This document shows positions 1 through 15,070 of a stretch of DNA of 64,000 nucleotides, piece after piece (the stretch's first letter is position 1; every line of letters begins with the position of its first letter). Origin of the DNA: Lama guanicoe (taxonomy: Eukaryota); assembly GCA_013239625.1 (NCBI GenBank), contig MU054032.1, forward strand, positions 372,001 to 436,000. The letters run 5' to 3'. A program made the position numbers and the translations under genes. The notes below the pieces were generated by a model. It was given only the letters and a program-made list of their open reading frames with translations. It had not been told where the DNA came from and did no database searches.

Positions 1-2945
1 GACTGTGGCCTTGGTGCCCAGGAGGGGCTGGGGCCTGGCTGTCCTCCCTCTGGCCCTGAGCCCCTGGCTCTGCAGAAAGAAGGACAAGGAGCAGTGTTGG
101 TGGCTGCAACTGAGAGCTAGGAGCCAGGGGCCTGCTCTTCATTTTCTCCTCTGGTCACCTTGAGCTGCCTGTAGGGGCTGAAGTGCCATCCCACTGACGT
201 TCTCCGGGTCCAGGTCTGGTGTTCCAACATCCTTTCTTTTCCGTCGGCAGTATCTCTGAAATGGGAGGGTATCCCTCTTGGTGGAGGAGGCAGCAGAGCG
301 GGGGCTAAGGAGAGGCCAGGCTACGGAGCTGGGAAAATGAACACCCGGTTCCACCTCTGGTACTTGGGGGTGTTCTTTGGCCTCTGCTCTCTTCCCAGGT
401 TGGCACCTCCCTGTTTCTTGCTGACTTGAACTCAGAGAGGAGGCCGGAAGTCCTAGGTCTATGCTGAGGAGCCCCTACCCACTCCCTGTTGTCAGGTCCT
501 GCAGTCAGGCAAACGGCAGAGCCAGGAGCATGCTTAGCCCTTCACCTCCTGGCTCGAGTGGCCACTTCTAGGACTCTGGTCACGGCAGAAATAGGGAAAA
601 AGGGTGTCACTCACTGGCCCGAGCCCTTGGCGCCGCAAAAGCCCTAGCATGTTCTCCAGCACGAAGAGCAGGAAGAGACCACCAAGCACCGACAGTCCTG
701 GTCCCAGGTCCTCCTCTGGTCTCCCACCAGATCCAGCGTGCTGCCCTCCATGTGCCTGACAGAGAGGCAGTCAGGGCGGACTCTGGAAGCCCCGGCACCC
801 GACACCAACCCCCTCCTGAGTGGGAGGTGGCAAGCCTTCACGCATACGCTCTACCAGAAGGCAGCTGTAGCTGTAGAAGCCGGGGTGGGAGAGAGGATGT
901 CCTAGGGCTGGGAACATCTTGGATTGTGGAGGCTGTTCACCCATGGGGGCAGGGGAACAAAGAAGGGACTTCACGTACATGTGGCAGCAGGTGTAGCAGC
1001 GCATCCCCACAAAGAGTGCCCACGGCCAGGGCCCCCAGGAAACCCAGCAGGGGCCGCAACAGACGAGGTCCCAGGAGCCGCAGCAACAGCAGGGAGAGGG
1101 GAGTGGGGAGGCTGAGCAGCAGGACTGCCAAGGCACTATGAACCAGAGCTGGGGAGAATCAGGGGCTGAAGTTAGGCAGGGCTGGATGGAGGCCTCCTTG
1201 GAGGTGAGGTGGGGCAGAGATATGCTGCAAGGGGAGGCAGGACCCCAATGAACCCTCTTCCTCGGCTTGGGGCCCACCACCCACTCTCACCCACTGACCA
1301 GACAGTAGATCCCCTGGGGGAGTTGGGGCTGGGGTCTGGATGCAGACACGGCTCTCAATCTGATAAAGCAGGGCTGGACACAGCAGAGCAAACTGACGAG
1401 GGGTCAGAGGAGCAGCAGGGCTCAGGCCAAAATTGACCAGCAGCTGGGAGCCATTCAGACACTAGGGGAGTTGAGTTGGAGGTCATACATTGGGGAAGTC
1501 TGGGAACTGTGACTCAGATCTTTAATGTCTGCCCTTCCACTGCATGGACTCCTGGGTCTCTCCCAGGGTCCCATTTGTTCACTGGCAGTGCATCAGGGAC
1601 TGGGGACAGTTATGTATAATCAGTGTGTGTTAATTATTAGTGAATATTCAGTCCAATGTAAATATTCAATTCAGTGTGAATTGGGTGCTAGTGAACATTG
1701 CCACCAGCTCCCTTCCTCCCAAGCCCAATAATGTTTCATTGATTTGGTGATGGAATTGGGTGGACAACTAGAGCCCTCCATCCCGAAATCTTAGAAGGGA
1801 AAAGAACCTAAAATGCCATGCACCCTTCCTCTCAACAGCCCTGTTACTCGTTCACCCAGCCTTGGCTGGAATGCTTCCTGTGATGGGGTGCTCACCCTTA
1901 CCAGGCATGCTTCGTGGCTGGTTTTGGCTGCCCTCTGGTGTACGTGGAACAAATTCACTGACTTTCTGTAATGAAGACAGCCATCTACCCCCTGCAGCTC
2001 TCCTCTCCAGATAACCAATGCCAGATCCTACCCTGGGCTGCTTCTCTGAATTCTCTGCTTTGCAAAATGTGGCCCCTAAACCAAGTCTTGGAGTTCTGAA
2101 TGTGGGTTTATCTATTCTGAACCCAGAGGGAACATATTTCTACTGGAGTAACATACCCTAAGATCACGCCTGGATTTTTTTTTTAAGTAACCATTTAAAA
2201 TTACTGACTCTCTAAACATTTTAGGCCATCAAAATCCCGTGATTCATTCCCCCTCTCTAGAGATCATCAGACTCACATCCTCATTCAGATGATCAGCCAA
2301 TGAATGGTCCAGCAGCAGAAGCCTGTGAAAGAGGCCCAGGCCCGAGGGGCCTGGCCCCTGAGGTGGTACTGGGGCCTCTGGCTCCTCCAGGTCACCCCAC
2401 CCTGAGGGATCCAGCGGCAGCCCTGCCCAGACATCCACACTCAGCTCAGGGTCTTGTGGCCTAGAATGGATGGGATAGCCAGTCAGACTCACTCATGCTC
2501 TTTTAGAAAGGGGGCTTGAAAGGATACAAGGAGTCAGGTTCTGAAAAATCTGTAATTCCAGGAATCTGATTTTAGGGAGCAGAGCTGGGCAACTGGAGAC
2601 TGAGCCAAGCACTGAGAAGAGCTGGGGTGTGATATTTTGGGGTGGGGGTGGGGGTTACTACCTGTGCGTGAAATTGTCTCCAGCTGGGGGTATAGCCCGG
2701 CCAGCTGGCGGCCCATGGTGTCCCAGGCGGAGGGCCTGAACTCGGCCTAGCCCCAGGCTGTGGAGCAGCCGCGCCAGGCCCCCTGCAGTCAGCGTCCCAT
2801 TCTCCCCGTACAGGCCAAACAGCTGGGCCAGGTAATGGTTCTGCTCCTGCTCAGCAGGGCCCAGGTTGGGGGCTGAGCCCCCTCCCCAGCTCAAGGACAC
2901 CCATACACACATGCCAGCCAGCAGATGACTCATGGGGGACCTCAT
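1..2945 (-). CDS. SLC39A5: Zinc transporter ZIP5 (SLC39A5), spliced CDS, 3' part runs off the window
   Basis: Minus-strand coding exons, all GT/AG bounded: 2945-2662 (MRSPMSHLLAG...NHYLAQLFGLYGENGTLTAGGLARLLHSLGLGRV), 2460-2277, 1461-1299 (CPALLYQI, the LIV-1 family CPALLY motif), 1148-979 (LAVGTLCGDALLHLLPH), 755-615, 255-159 and 69-<1 (PGHQGHS, start of the His-rich loop). Frame is continuous across junctions. Confidence 0.96.
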
Positions 2946-3486
2946 TATTGGAAGGACCGGGTAGAGGCGCTGGTCACGGCTTCTACTCCCCCAGGAGCAT
3001 CCCGAACACTGTGCCCTGGAAGAACAAGGAGGAGGGGCTGGGGCTCCTGCTCTGCCGTCCATCGCAGGACCTGGGGAGCCCACACACCTCAGACTGCCCC
3101 CACCTCAAATCCAGCGGCAGCCCCTTCCTTCCTCCCCCCAGTGCCACCTCCTGAGCAGCACTTGTTTGCCAGTTCCTTGAGCACCGTCTCTGAACCAGAA
3201 CACTCCCCTGACCTGACCCAGAGCTGACCATCCCTCCCCTGTTCCCCAAACCTGACCCCTCAACTTTGCCTCACCTCTGTCCCGCCTCAATCCCCAGGGC
3301 CTCACCCCCACTGGCAGTGTGAGAGCCGTCACTTCAGGTCCGTGGCAGGCCTTGCTGTGGACACTAAGAGGTTCCTGAGTCAGGAAGGGGAGCTGGGCTC
3401 AGCCTCCAGCTGCCCAGGTAGATTGGAGGCCACGTCAGTTAGAGGCTGGATGGACAAGCTCCCCACACCCCCAGCCCACCTGCCTG

Positions 3487-3580
3487 GGGGCGGGGTCAGA
3501 GGAGGGGCCAATGTGGGAAGGCTCACATCAGATAGGAGTTAATGGTTCACTGGTCTCTGGGATGGGGGAGTCAAAGGTCA
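3487..3580. promoter_or_regulatory. Putative SLC39A5 promoter module (GC box, CCAAT, GATA, HNF1-like, HNF4 DR1)
   Basis: GGGGCGGGG at 3487-3495, CCAAT at 3508-3512, AGATAG at 3530-3535, GTTAATGGTTCAC at 3538-3550, GAGTCA-A-AGGTCA at 3568-3580. About 550-630 bp upstream of the ATG. Confidence 0.6.
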
Positions 3581-4342
3581 GTCTTGGCTGGGCCCCTGAG
3601 TAGGGGAGGGCCACCCTCTGCCCCTAGAAAAGCCACATGGCTAAGAAGAACTGGGCCTCATCTTCTAAATAATTCGCACACATACCAACCCAGCTAGTAC
3701 CATCTTAGCCTTTCCCTGCGTCCACTCCCACCCCACCTGCCTGACATCAGGCACTGGGCTTCATTCATCTCCACCCCCATCCCCACATTCCCTGGGAGGG
3801 TCGGACCCAGGTGTCCCTAAGCTGGAGAAGAAAGTGAAGAGGCAGATTAAGGGGCCACCTCAGATGTATAGGGCAGAAATTGTAGAACTTCCTCATCCCA
3901 GAAGAGTAAGAGCCAGAACTCTGGGAATCAATGACCAAGAAAAGGGAAGCACTGGTGGGAAAAGAAGTATCTGGGTCCCCTTCATAAGTCTGACCTGGTT
4001 TAAGATCAGGGAGCATAGTCTGATTGGGGTGATTGGTCAAGGGGGTCGAAGTTGGCATTACCTGACAGCAGGAAACAGGAAGAATGCCCAGAGGAAGAGG
4101 GACACAGCCTTCTTGGTTCCAGCCGTGGGAGGGGGGTAGGCAGGCAGGCGGACAAGGGTCACCAGCAGGGAGGGGGCAGGGGAGGGGCGCTGCCTTAAAG
4201 GGGCAGGCCTGCTTTGCCTAGGCCTTACCTGCAACCTATCTCCCCTCTGCCTCCTAGGGACACCCCACCCTCCCAAATGCCCAGCTGCTGATCTCTTCAC
4301 TTTCTCATAAACAGTAAAGGAGTCTAGTACAGAATGGTAATG

Positions 4343-4348
4343 TTTATT
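4343..4348 (-). terminator. Polyadenylation signal of NABP2
   Basis: TTTATT on + (AATAAA on -), about 300 bp downstream of the NABP2 stop codon. Confidence 0.75.
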
Positions 4349-4648
4349 AGGAAAGGATTCAATTCGACTTCCACATCCACACGCACAAGAAACAGACTGT
4401 AATTGTCGTTTCTACAGAGGAAGGAGGGCCCTGAATTCCGGGGGACAGGCAGCTTCAGCTGGACAAGGAAGGGAGTATGGGCTTAGGGTGGATAAGGCCA
4501 CTGTTCACCACCCCTCCAGTGAAGTTTAGTGGCTAAAATACTGCTACAACCCCCCTGCTCCCCAAAGCCAGCAGCCCAGTATAAAGCTATGTTCTCTAGC
4601 AGACACCTGGGTTATAGTTGGTGGGGGGAAGGGAGGAAGAATGTCTTG

Positions 4649-7305
<2,657 letters not shown>

Positions 7306-7639
7306 TCAGCACCCCACTAGAAGGGGGGAAGGGGGATGAAGTTTCAACGCTTGGAGTCTTTGCCCCCATGTTCACTTCGCAAGGCCTATCTACTACACTA
7401 AGCTGGGGTCAGGCAGCCTCAAACCCTCTAACTCCTCTAAAAGGTTAAAAGCGAACTTCCCCTGGGGTCACCAACTTAAGATCAGAATTTGACGACCTCC
7501 GGATAGGCTGCTGCGGGGCTGGAAGCCCCCCTCACGGGATGCTCTTTCAGTCTCAGTCCCCGAGGTGGGAGAGACAACGGAGACCCGATTAGGGAACCTG
7601 GTGCAGAGCCAAGGAATGGAATCTTACTCATCAAACCTT

Positions 7640-8035
7640 TCCGAACCCTTATATGGACAACCGGGAACTCGATCCATCCCCTCCCCCACCCAGAGCCCAC
7701 CACCCACCAGCCAACCGGCCGGACAGTGTACGCCGCTGAGCCGCCCGCAGGGGGAGCCAAAAGCTCGGCTACCGCCGGATGCAGACCAATGAAACGCAGC
7801 AGTGCGAACATTTCCGGAAGTTTCCCCCGGCGGGCCCTCCAGCCAATCAGCACCGCCCTGGCTCAGCACCGCCCTGGCTCGTCCCCGCCACCCCGCGTCC
7901 TGCCGCCCATCCCCACTCAACCAATCGGGATTTGAGATTCACGCGCCGCCAAGGGGGTGGGATTTCAGGCATTAAAGGAGCCTCAGAGAGGGTTGACTCC
8001 GCAAGGAAAAAGATAGACCACGAGGGGGCGCATCA
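7640..8035 (-). promoter_or_regulatory. CpG-rich NABP2 proximal promoter / first non-coding exon region
   Basis: CpG-dense, with three CCAAT boxes (about 7786, 7843, 7921), an ETS-type TTCCGGAAG (about 7812), GC boxes and a CTCF-like CCACGAGGGGGCGC at 8018-8031. The exact TSS cannot be determined. Confidence 0.65.
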
Positions 8036-8989
8036 GATCCCAATTTTCCTCTACTTGACTGGGAGAAAGCACTTAGACTCTTTAAGATTTTCTCTCCGAG
8101 ACGTGACACAGTAGAAAAAGGGCCGAAGGTTTTTGGAATCCGGCGGACAAAAGCATGAAACCTGGCTCATCACTTCACTTCTTTTCTCGACAGTTCTTAA
8201 ATTTGTGATTCCGTTTTGCAGAGAAGAAAACGAAGTTATATAAAAAGCAGTGCCTACCACGCAGCAGGCAGTTTCCTCCTCTTCTGCAACTGCTCTAACC
8301 CTCATCTTTATTCCTGATTTGGGGTCTTCATCTTTAATGCACTATCCAGCTTGGTCAAGGTCTCTAGAGAAAGCAGCATTCACACCAGAGACAGACGATA
8401 GGCTAACTCCCCTCCCCCTGCAACACACACACCTTTGGAAGTAATGGAATTCGAGACCCAAAGAGCAACATTTGCATTAGTCCCTCTCACAGTTCGAAAG
8501 CCACCTGTTCCTAATGCACTTATCTCACTAGATCTCAGGGTCCCCCCAGGAGTGAAAAGAGGCCTGAACCTTTAGTTTCCTTTGAGATTTGTTACATAGT
8601 CAACAAAAGGTAGCTAGCTCTGTAATGCTGTGTGTAAACCAATTACATACAAACAATGTATATACACGTCTATTACCATTTGCTTAGTGAATATCCATAA
8701 CAAATAGTGCTTAATATTAGATTAACCTAAGAGGTCTTGTAAATGTAATGTCTTGTTTTGGTGAATCAATCCCTTACCTTCTCCTAGAGCGCTTTAGGCT
8801 CCACCCTGACTTTCCTCGAAGATCAGGTTCTCTCCCTCCCACACTCCCAGCCACGGTGTTGTACCCCAAAGAAATCAAACCACAACCCAGGAAGAAGGAC
8901 ATTTTATCTCCCTTCTCTCTCCTTAAGTGTTTCAGGGAGCTGTACGAGTGTTCGGAGAGCCGCCTAAGTGTGCCATGAGTGCGGCTAGG

Positions 8990-9780
8990 AGAGAGGCGGA
9001 CAACCCATAGGGCACCCTAGATCAAAGTTTTCCGGTCAGACACTCCCGCATTCCCCACCCCTTGATCGCCTTGTTGACTACAGTATCCACTCCCACGACT
9101 ATGAGTCATAAGATCGGGAGGCTCCGGGATGCTGACCGCGGCTCCGGAAACGGGCGAGGGGCCGGACAGACGGCAGGTCACACTGCAGGCCAGCCTCCTA
9201 GCGACGATCTCGCACCAAGCCGCATCAGCCTTAGGGCATGGAACACGTGCACCCCTCCGAAGCCAAGTCTTGCGCCCGGGGAAAGTCGGCCTCCAGCTCT
9301 GCCCCTGACGTTCACGCTGAAAAGAACACAGAGTTCGCCCTCCCAAATGACTATACAGCTCTCGCTGGGACCATAAAGATTTCCGGTCTAGAGCGGAGGT
9401 CTGGCTAGCCTTCCACTCTCCTCGTTGGCCGCTCGTGGTTTCTAATCCAGGGCTGAGTTAAACAAAGAGGCGGGGTTTGGTGACGAGCTTCCGCCGGGTT
9501 GCGTAGCAGCGGTGGGCGGGGCCAAGGCTCTGTCTCACACCGCGACGAGTGGTCGGAGCTTTCTCCCCTCTCCTTCCCCTTCCCCTTCCCCTCCCAGGAA
9601 AGGCTGGGACCCGGCGCCCGGGCTATCCCGCGGCCGCTGCGGCCTCAGCTCCAGCCAGGCCAGGGTACGGAGAGTCCAGACCGCTTCCAGGGCGGTGCGT
9701 ACGGCGCCTGCGCGGGCTCCCACCTTTAAAGAGGGTGTGGGAGGGGTGGGGGCGATGTCCCAGGGGGATTGGGGCGGGGG
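8990..9780. promoter_or_regulatory. CpG island, RNF41 promoter and first non-coding exon, head-to-head with NABP2
   Basis: High CpG density, several CCGGAA/TTCCGG ETS cores, GC boxes (GGGCGGGG about 9515), CRE-like TGACGTTCA at about 9306. Candidate exon-1 donor CAGG|gtacgg at 9664/9665. Confidence 0.7.
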
Positions 9781-12169
9781 TTTGAGATACTGGAGGTCGG
9801 AAACAGGAATGGGAGTAAAGATGAAAAATGGAGGAAGGGAGCAGCGATAGGGAGAAGTCCAGAAGTGATAAAGAGGCGCTGGAGGGTGGGTTGTTCGGGA
9901 GGTTCTGTGGAGTGGGGGAGCCTTAAGAAGTGCAGGAGAGGGCCTGAGCTGGCTGGAGGACTGGGAGGAGGGGACTCAGGCGAACAACGTGGTGTTTAAA
10001 TGGGCAGTGACTGACGGGCTGGGAAGGGAGGAAGGGAACATTCTGGGGGCCAGCCTGGGCAGGGGCGGGGGAACCTGAACCCCCGCCCTCGAAACGCCAT
10101 AGCTTGGCTCCTCTCCCATGCCTTGTCTTTGGCAGCCTTGTCTTCCTCCTCCGTTCCTTCCTCCTCCCCCTCCCACCCCTCCATGAAGGAATCTCACATT
10201 CCTTACATCCCTGCCCAGGGTTTGCAGCCAGTCCCTCTTCGCAGGCTTCACACACCGGAAAGCCTTCTCCAAACCAGAACGCAGGGGAAATTGAGGAGTG
10301 GGAGGAGGGGGCTGGAGAAGAAGTAGAAAGCTGGGGGGGGTGTTTTGCCTGAGGCACTGACAGACATCTTCCCCATTCAGAAACTGATTTCATTCCACTT
10401 CGTAGCGAATGTGGTCGTTAAATGAGACTACTGAGCCACTGTTCTTGTAGGCTGGGCTGTGAGTGATAGTCTAATCCCTTCCTATACAGGTGGTTTTAGT
10501 CTGACAATAGAGCAAGAAGCTGATAGTGTTGCAGGCTGATAGTTTCCCCCCAGATAGGAATGGGGTAGACTCGTGGTAGGGAATCTGAGTGATGCAATAA
10601 TGTTACTGCTCTCTGTGTCCCGCCGACTTTGTGGCTGCGTCTGGTTCCCAGTAATGGAAAAGAAGGAACAAGCTTCTTTCAAGCATTTCTTCATGGGTCC
10701 TCAGTACTCTAAATTTACTTTACATTGTATTACTACAAATACCTTACCTGAGAACAACAGTATTTGGTATGTTTTCACGTTTATCATGTCATTTGACTTT
10801 TCTTAATAATATGGGTAGGTAAGGCAGGTTGTCATTTTCCCTACTTGACAGGTGAAGGAATTGGAAAGTACATAAGGGTTACATGGCATGATAAAAGTCA
10901 TACAGTTGACAGAGCTGGGACCAGAACCCGTGTCTTCTGTTCCTCTCAGTTGAAAAATCCTGTTTTGTTCTGATCAAGGAAGCACTGATGTAGGATTGGT
11001 TTTCCTAGGATGGACAACTGTTTGCTTTTTGAGTCTGGAACATTTCACTAGAAGAAGACAATGTAGCCAACAACACTGGTTCCTGAAAGCATTTCTTGAG
11101 GTGCAGGTGCATATGCCAGAAGTAGGGTTGGGAAGTAGGGTGTTGTCAGAATGGAAGAAGTATTATACCTTCCTCTGTATTATGGATGAGGGAGAGCCAT
11201 ATCAATTTCCACCCTACCTTCCTTCCCAACCACGGGGAAGAGAAAGTGTATCTGGCATTGCACCGTTATCTCTCTGATTAGTTTTAGAATACCACACTAA
11301 CGTGTTGTGGCTGCTGAGCACAGTAAACTGATGAGCTGGTATACCAGACTCAAGATGAAATGGTCTCTGTTTTATGTGTAAAGATCATTGTCATCCTATT
11401 CCTTCCTAACATAGCCCCTAATCTTGATGGATGTGAAGGTGAGGAAAGGAATTTGAATAGTTTCTATTCTGCATTGGAAGCCTTGTCTCCCTCTTCTTGA
11501 TTTCATCCTTTTAGTATTGAGAATCTGAGCAGCCTAATCATACTGCTACCTCCAGTCTTCCCAGTTGCCTACCCTGGAATAACTTCCTGATCCATTGCCT
11601 CTTCATTTTTTTTTTTCTAAACCCAATCCCCTCAGGAATATTTCCTGACTTGGGAAGTAGTACAGCACCTGTACCAACATTCTTGAGTGTCCTCTCCTTA
11701 TGAAATAGTGTTTTCCAAGTGGAGGGTAGGACAGAATTCTTTTTGTATGAAATACTTTATGTGAAAGCACTTTGGAAACCTTAAAGCCTCATCTTGTGCA
11801 CACAGGGTATGTGGGTCACTGCATTGTATAGCCACAGATGTGGACTCACTGACGTTACTTACAGTCGTGTGCACTGAAGAAAAGACACTTTTTCTATCTC
11901 AAACAGCTCCTCCTCCCTGCCTTTCTTCTTGTCCCTTTCTCTCCCCCTCTCAGCTATGTTTGAATCTCCTGGCTGGTGTGTGTGTGATTCCTTAGCCGAT
12001 GATCGCACTCCTTAGGGGGTCGTCCTGGATGCCTAGCCCTGAAACCTGTAGTCCTTATGGAGTTGTTCATCCTCCTTAGCCGACCTCCAGATCCAAGTCT
12101 GTCTAGTCTCACTGCCAAGTGCAGGTGGTTCTCCTGACTCACCTTTTTCTTCCTTGTTCTTATTAATAG

Positions 12170-12354
12170 AGTGCTCCTGATCGTGACATCACATCCATCC
12201 CCTTGGCGATGGAGCTTGTCACTAGGAAGGAAGACTCAGTCGGAGAATAGCCAACAAGATGGGTCACTGGGAGCGTCTCCTGAGTGGCACTGAGTGGAGG
12301 CATCAGGGGGTTGGAGCCTTGTGAACAGGGAACCTGCCCCCCAACACTTGGAAG
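12170..12354 (+). other. RNF41: RNF41 non-coding 5'UTR exon (185 bp)
   Basis: Polypyrimidine tract + TAG acceptor at 12167-12169 and AAG|gtaaag donor at 12354. Sits between the CpG island and the first coding exon and resembles the RNF41 5'UTR as I recall it. Confidence 0.75.
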
Positions 12355-14809
12355 GTAAAGAGCCTTGATTTAGAATCTCATGCCAGGCTTCCACCCCCTT
12401 CTCTGCCAGTCTGGGTTCCTTCTGCTCTTGAAAACTTGATTCTGAAAACTTGTATCATAAAACTTTCTGTGATTAACCCACTTCAGTCTGTTCTTCTTTG
12501 CATTTTTATGTGTTACATGAACTATGAACTTTTATTTGTTGGTAAATTGCTTAGTACACTTATGTCTTTTTATGTGTTTTATATCCTGTATACTCACGTA
12601 TTGGGCTCAAGCCTATAGCTTAGTTTGAGGATAAGGATTATGTTTCTGTTTCTTTTACATGTCTCTACTGGCAAGGGGACTGTGTATATAGGGCGAAGAC
12701 GAGGTTCGGGGTGAGCGTACAGATAGTGCTGGCGACCAAGTGGCAGGCCCTTGCTGGCCTTTGAGGCCTGGTAGGCCTCACTTACAGTGTCAGATGACTT
12801 CGTGAAGAATCATGTGCCCTCTGGATTCTTTTTTAAATTGAACCAATTAAAGTGTGCTAAAGAAGCCTAACTTAAAAACCCCCCTGGGGCAAATCCCATA
12901 TGGGTCACAACATTCTAGACTCACCTTAGAGGCTGTGTACCCCACCTCCTCATCTTAGAAGGGAGGAAGCTGAGTTCTAAGAGCTCAGTTCTCTAAGAGG
13001 GGGAGTGGCTTTAAGGACTCTACTGCTTAAATGAAAAAGACCACTTTCTTTCACTTAGAAAGTCGAGTTGCCTAAAGAGAATAAGGTCACGCTTTGCTCT
13101 GGTTAAGCCAGGGTACCTTTTATAACATAATTATCCCCTAACATAACCTTTTATTGTTTTATATGCTGAATCTTAGAATCATGGAACTTGTATTAGTATT
13201 AGAATTAGTAGAAGGGAGACTATTTACCTGCATTTTAACCTTATGCTTTTGCCAAGAATTGGTGACAGCATGCCCAGTTACCCTAAAATGGGTTGGAGTG
13301 GCTTCTCTAATGTTTCTCTTCCTCTTGTGTGTGTGTGTCTGTGTGTGAATGTGAATATGCATGGTTTGCACATCTGTACATGGGTTCAAGAAGCCCTGAG
13401 TAAAGGAGGCTAAATGTTCGGGCTCCTTTAGGAACAGTCTGTTTTGAATTCCTCGCTGTCTCTAGTAGAAGATCAGAGAAAACAACTGCAGCAGTAAGTT
13501 AAAAGGGCATAGGAAAGGGTCTAGTAAAGTTCTTGCACTTTTATAATAATGCTGATGAGGAACAGAGAGAGACACCCCAGTGTAACATTACAGAAGTATA
13601 GCAACATAATTACCTGGTTATGTTCTGGCCTGCAGAATAGAAGGCTGGGAATACAGTTTCCAGTTTGGGTTCAGGGTGTTCAAATCAGGGAAGTTGGCTG
13701 AACTATAAGCCTGAAGGGGCACCTCAGTGCTACTTTAGTTCAGCTCCTTCACTTAAGTGAAACCTTCCAAGGCCTTTTCCTATTCCACAACTCAAGGAGA
13801 ATATCTAGGAAATAGCTTCCAGTGGTTGTGGTGACTGGCTATGACTCTTGAGGTCCCTGGGGTTTCAGTTTTATTAAGGCTTCTGTCCCCAAGGCAGTGA
13901 GCAGTTGAGTTCTCATGAGACATTCCCCTTGGAATGATAACCCATCCCTATGACAGCCCCGCAGCAGTGTTGAGAGTCCCAGAGAGTGGAAGGAATAGTC
14001 AAGGAGCCTAGCCTGTCAGCTGGACTGTCTGCCTAGGGGCAGGGCGAGACAGGGCAAGGAGCTGGCTTCCAAGGTTGTGTATAACCCACGTCAGCTTTTG
14101 TTTCCCATAGATGACAAATGGGAAATACCCTAACCAGATTAGAAATCTAAATTTCTCCTTAGCTCTTTTTCAGCACCTCTGAAAGGATATAGTTATAGGA
14201 GGGTGGATAAAACAGGAGCATCTCCAAGCAGATAAAGGAGAGGTTTTGATTTAGGAAGAATAATGCCCAGCATCTCTGCAGAGTTTTGGAAACCCTGACT
14301 TTATGGTGGGCACCTTGCAACTCCTAACCCTGACTGGTGGCTTCCCACACCCTCTGGCTGTCTCTGCCCCAACTGAGGCAAGTTCTTTGCTGTTTCTTTT
14401 GGGGACATGGGATCTCCTGAGACCTCATTAAGATAAGTTTTCAGAATTTGTATGCCTCCTTAAGATAACATTATTAGCACTGTTTTAAAACAAAAGTGCA
14501 GTGAAACACAGTGCAGACTTACAGCCTGCTTTCTGCGTTGCCCCACAGCAACAAGAGAGAGAAGGGTAATGTTTGTTTGTTTTTTTTTTGAGAAGGGTAA
14601 TGTTTTCATTTTTGCCCCTTGCTTTAAGAATAACTGATTTTTTTAAATTAAATCTTGCAGAAACATAACCTAGATCAAAAGTATAATCTCAGCATCTAGA
14701 TTTTTAAACTATCCACACTACATACACTACTTGGAAAAAAAAGTTCTTCTAAAAACAGGACCATGATATTCATACTGTTTTTGCAACTTGTGTTTCTCAG
14801 TTTGAGAAA

Positions 14810-15070
14810 CACAAGTTTAGCATAGCAGTTAACGGCTTGGGCCCCGGGGCTGGTCTGCCTGGGTTGGAGTCTGGCTCTACCACCTGTTAGCTGTATGATT
14901 TTGGACAAGCTTTTTAACCTTTACACATGTTTCTCATCTGTAAAATGTTGATCATGATAGTCCCAACCCCACAGAGCAACTCATAAGAGTTGTAAGAATT
15001 AGTTAATATACAAGAAACGCTTGGAATAGTGCCTAGCATATAGAAACATTCAATAAATACTGACTTCATT
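14810..15070 (+). repeat. MIR SINE remnant
   Basis: Core-like text: ctctaccacctgttagctgtatgattttggacaagc...tttctcatctgtaaaatg...atagtgcctagcatatagaaacattcaataaat. Confidence 0.75.
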
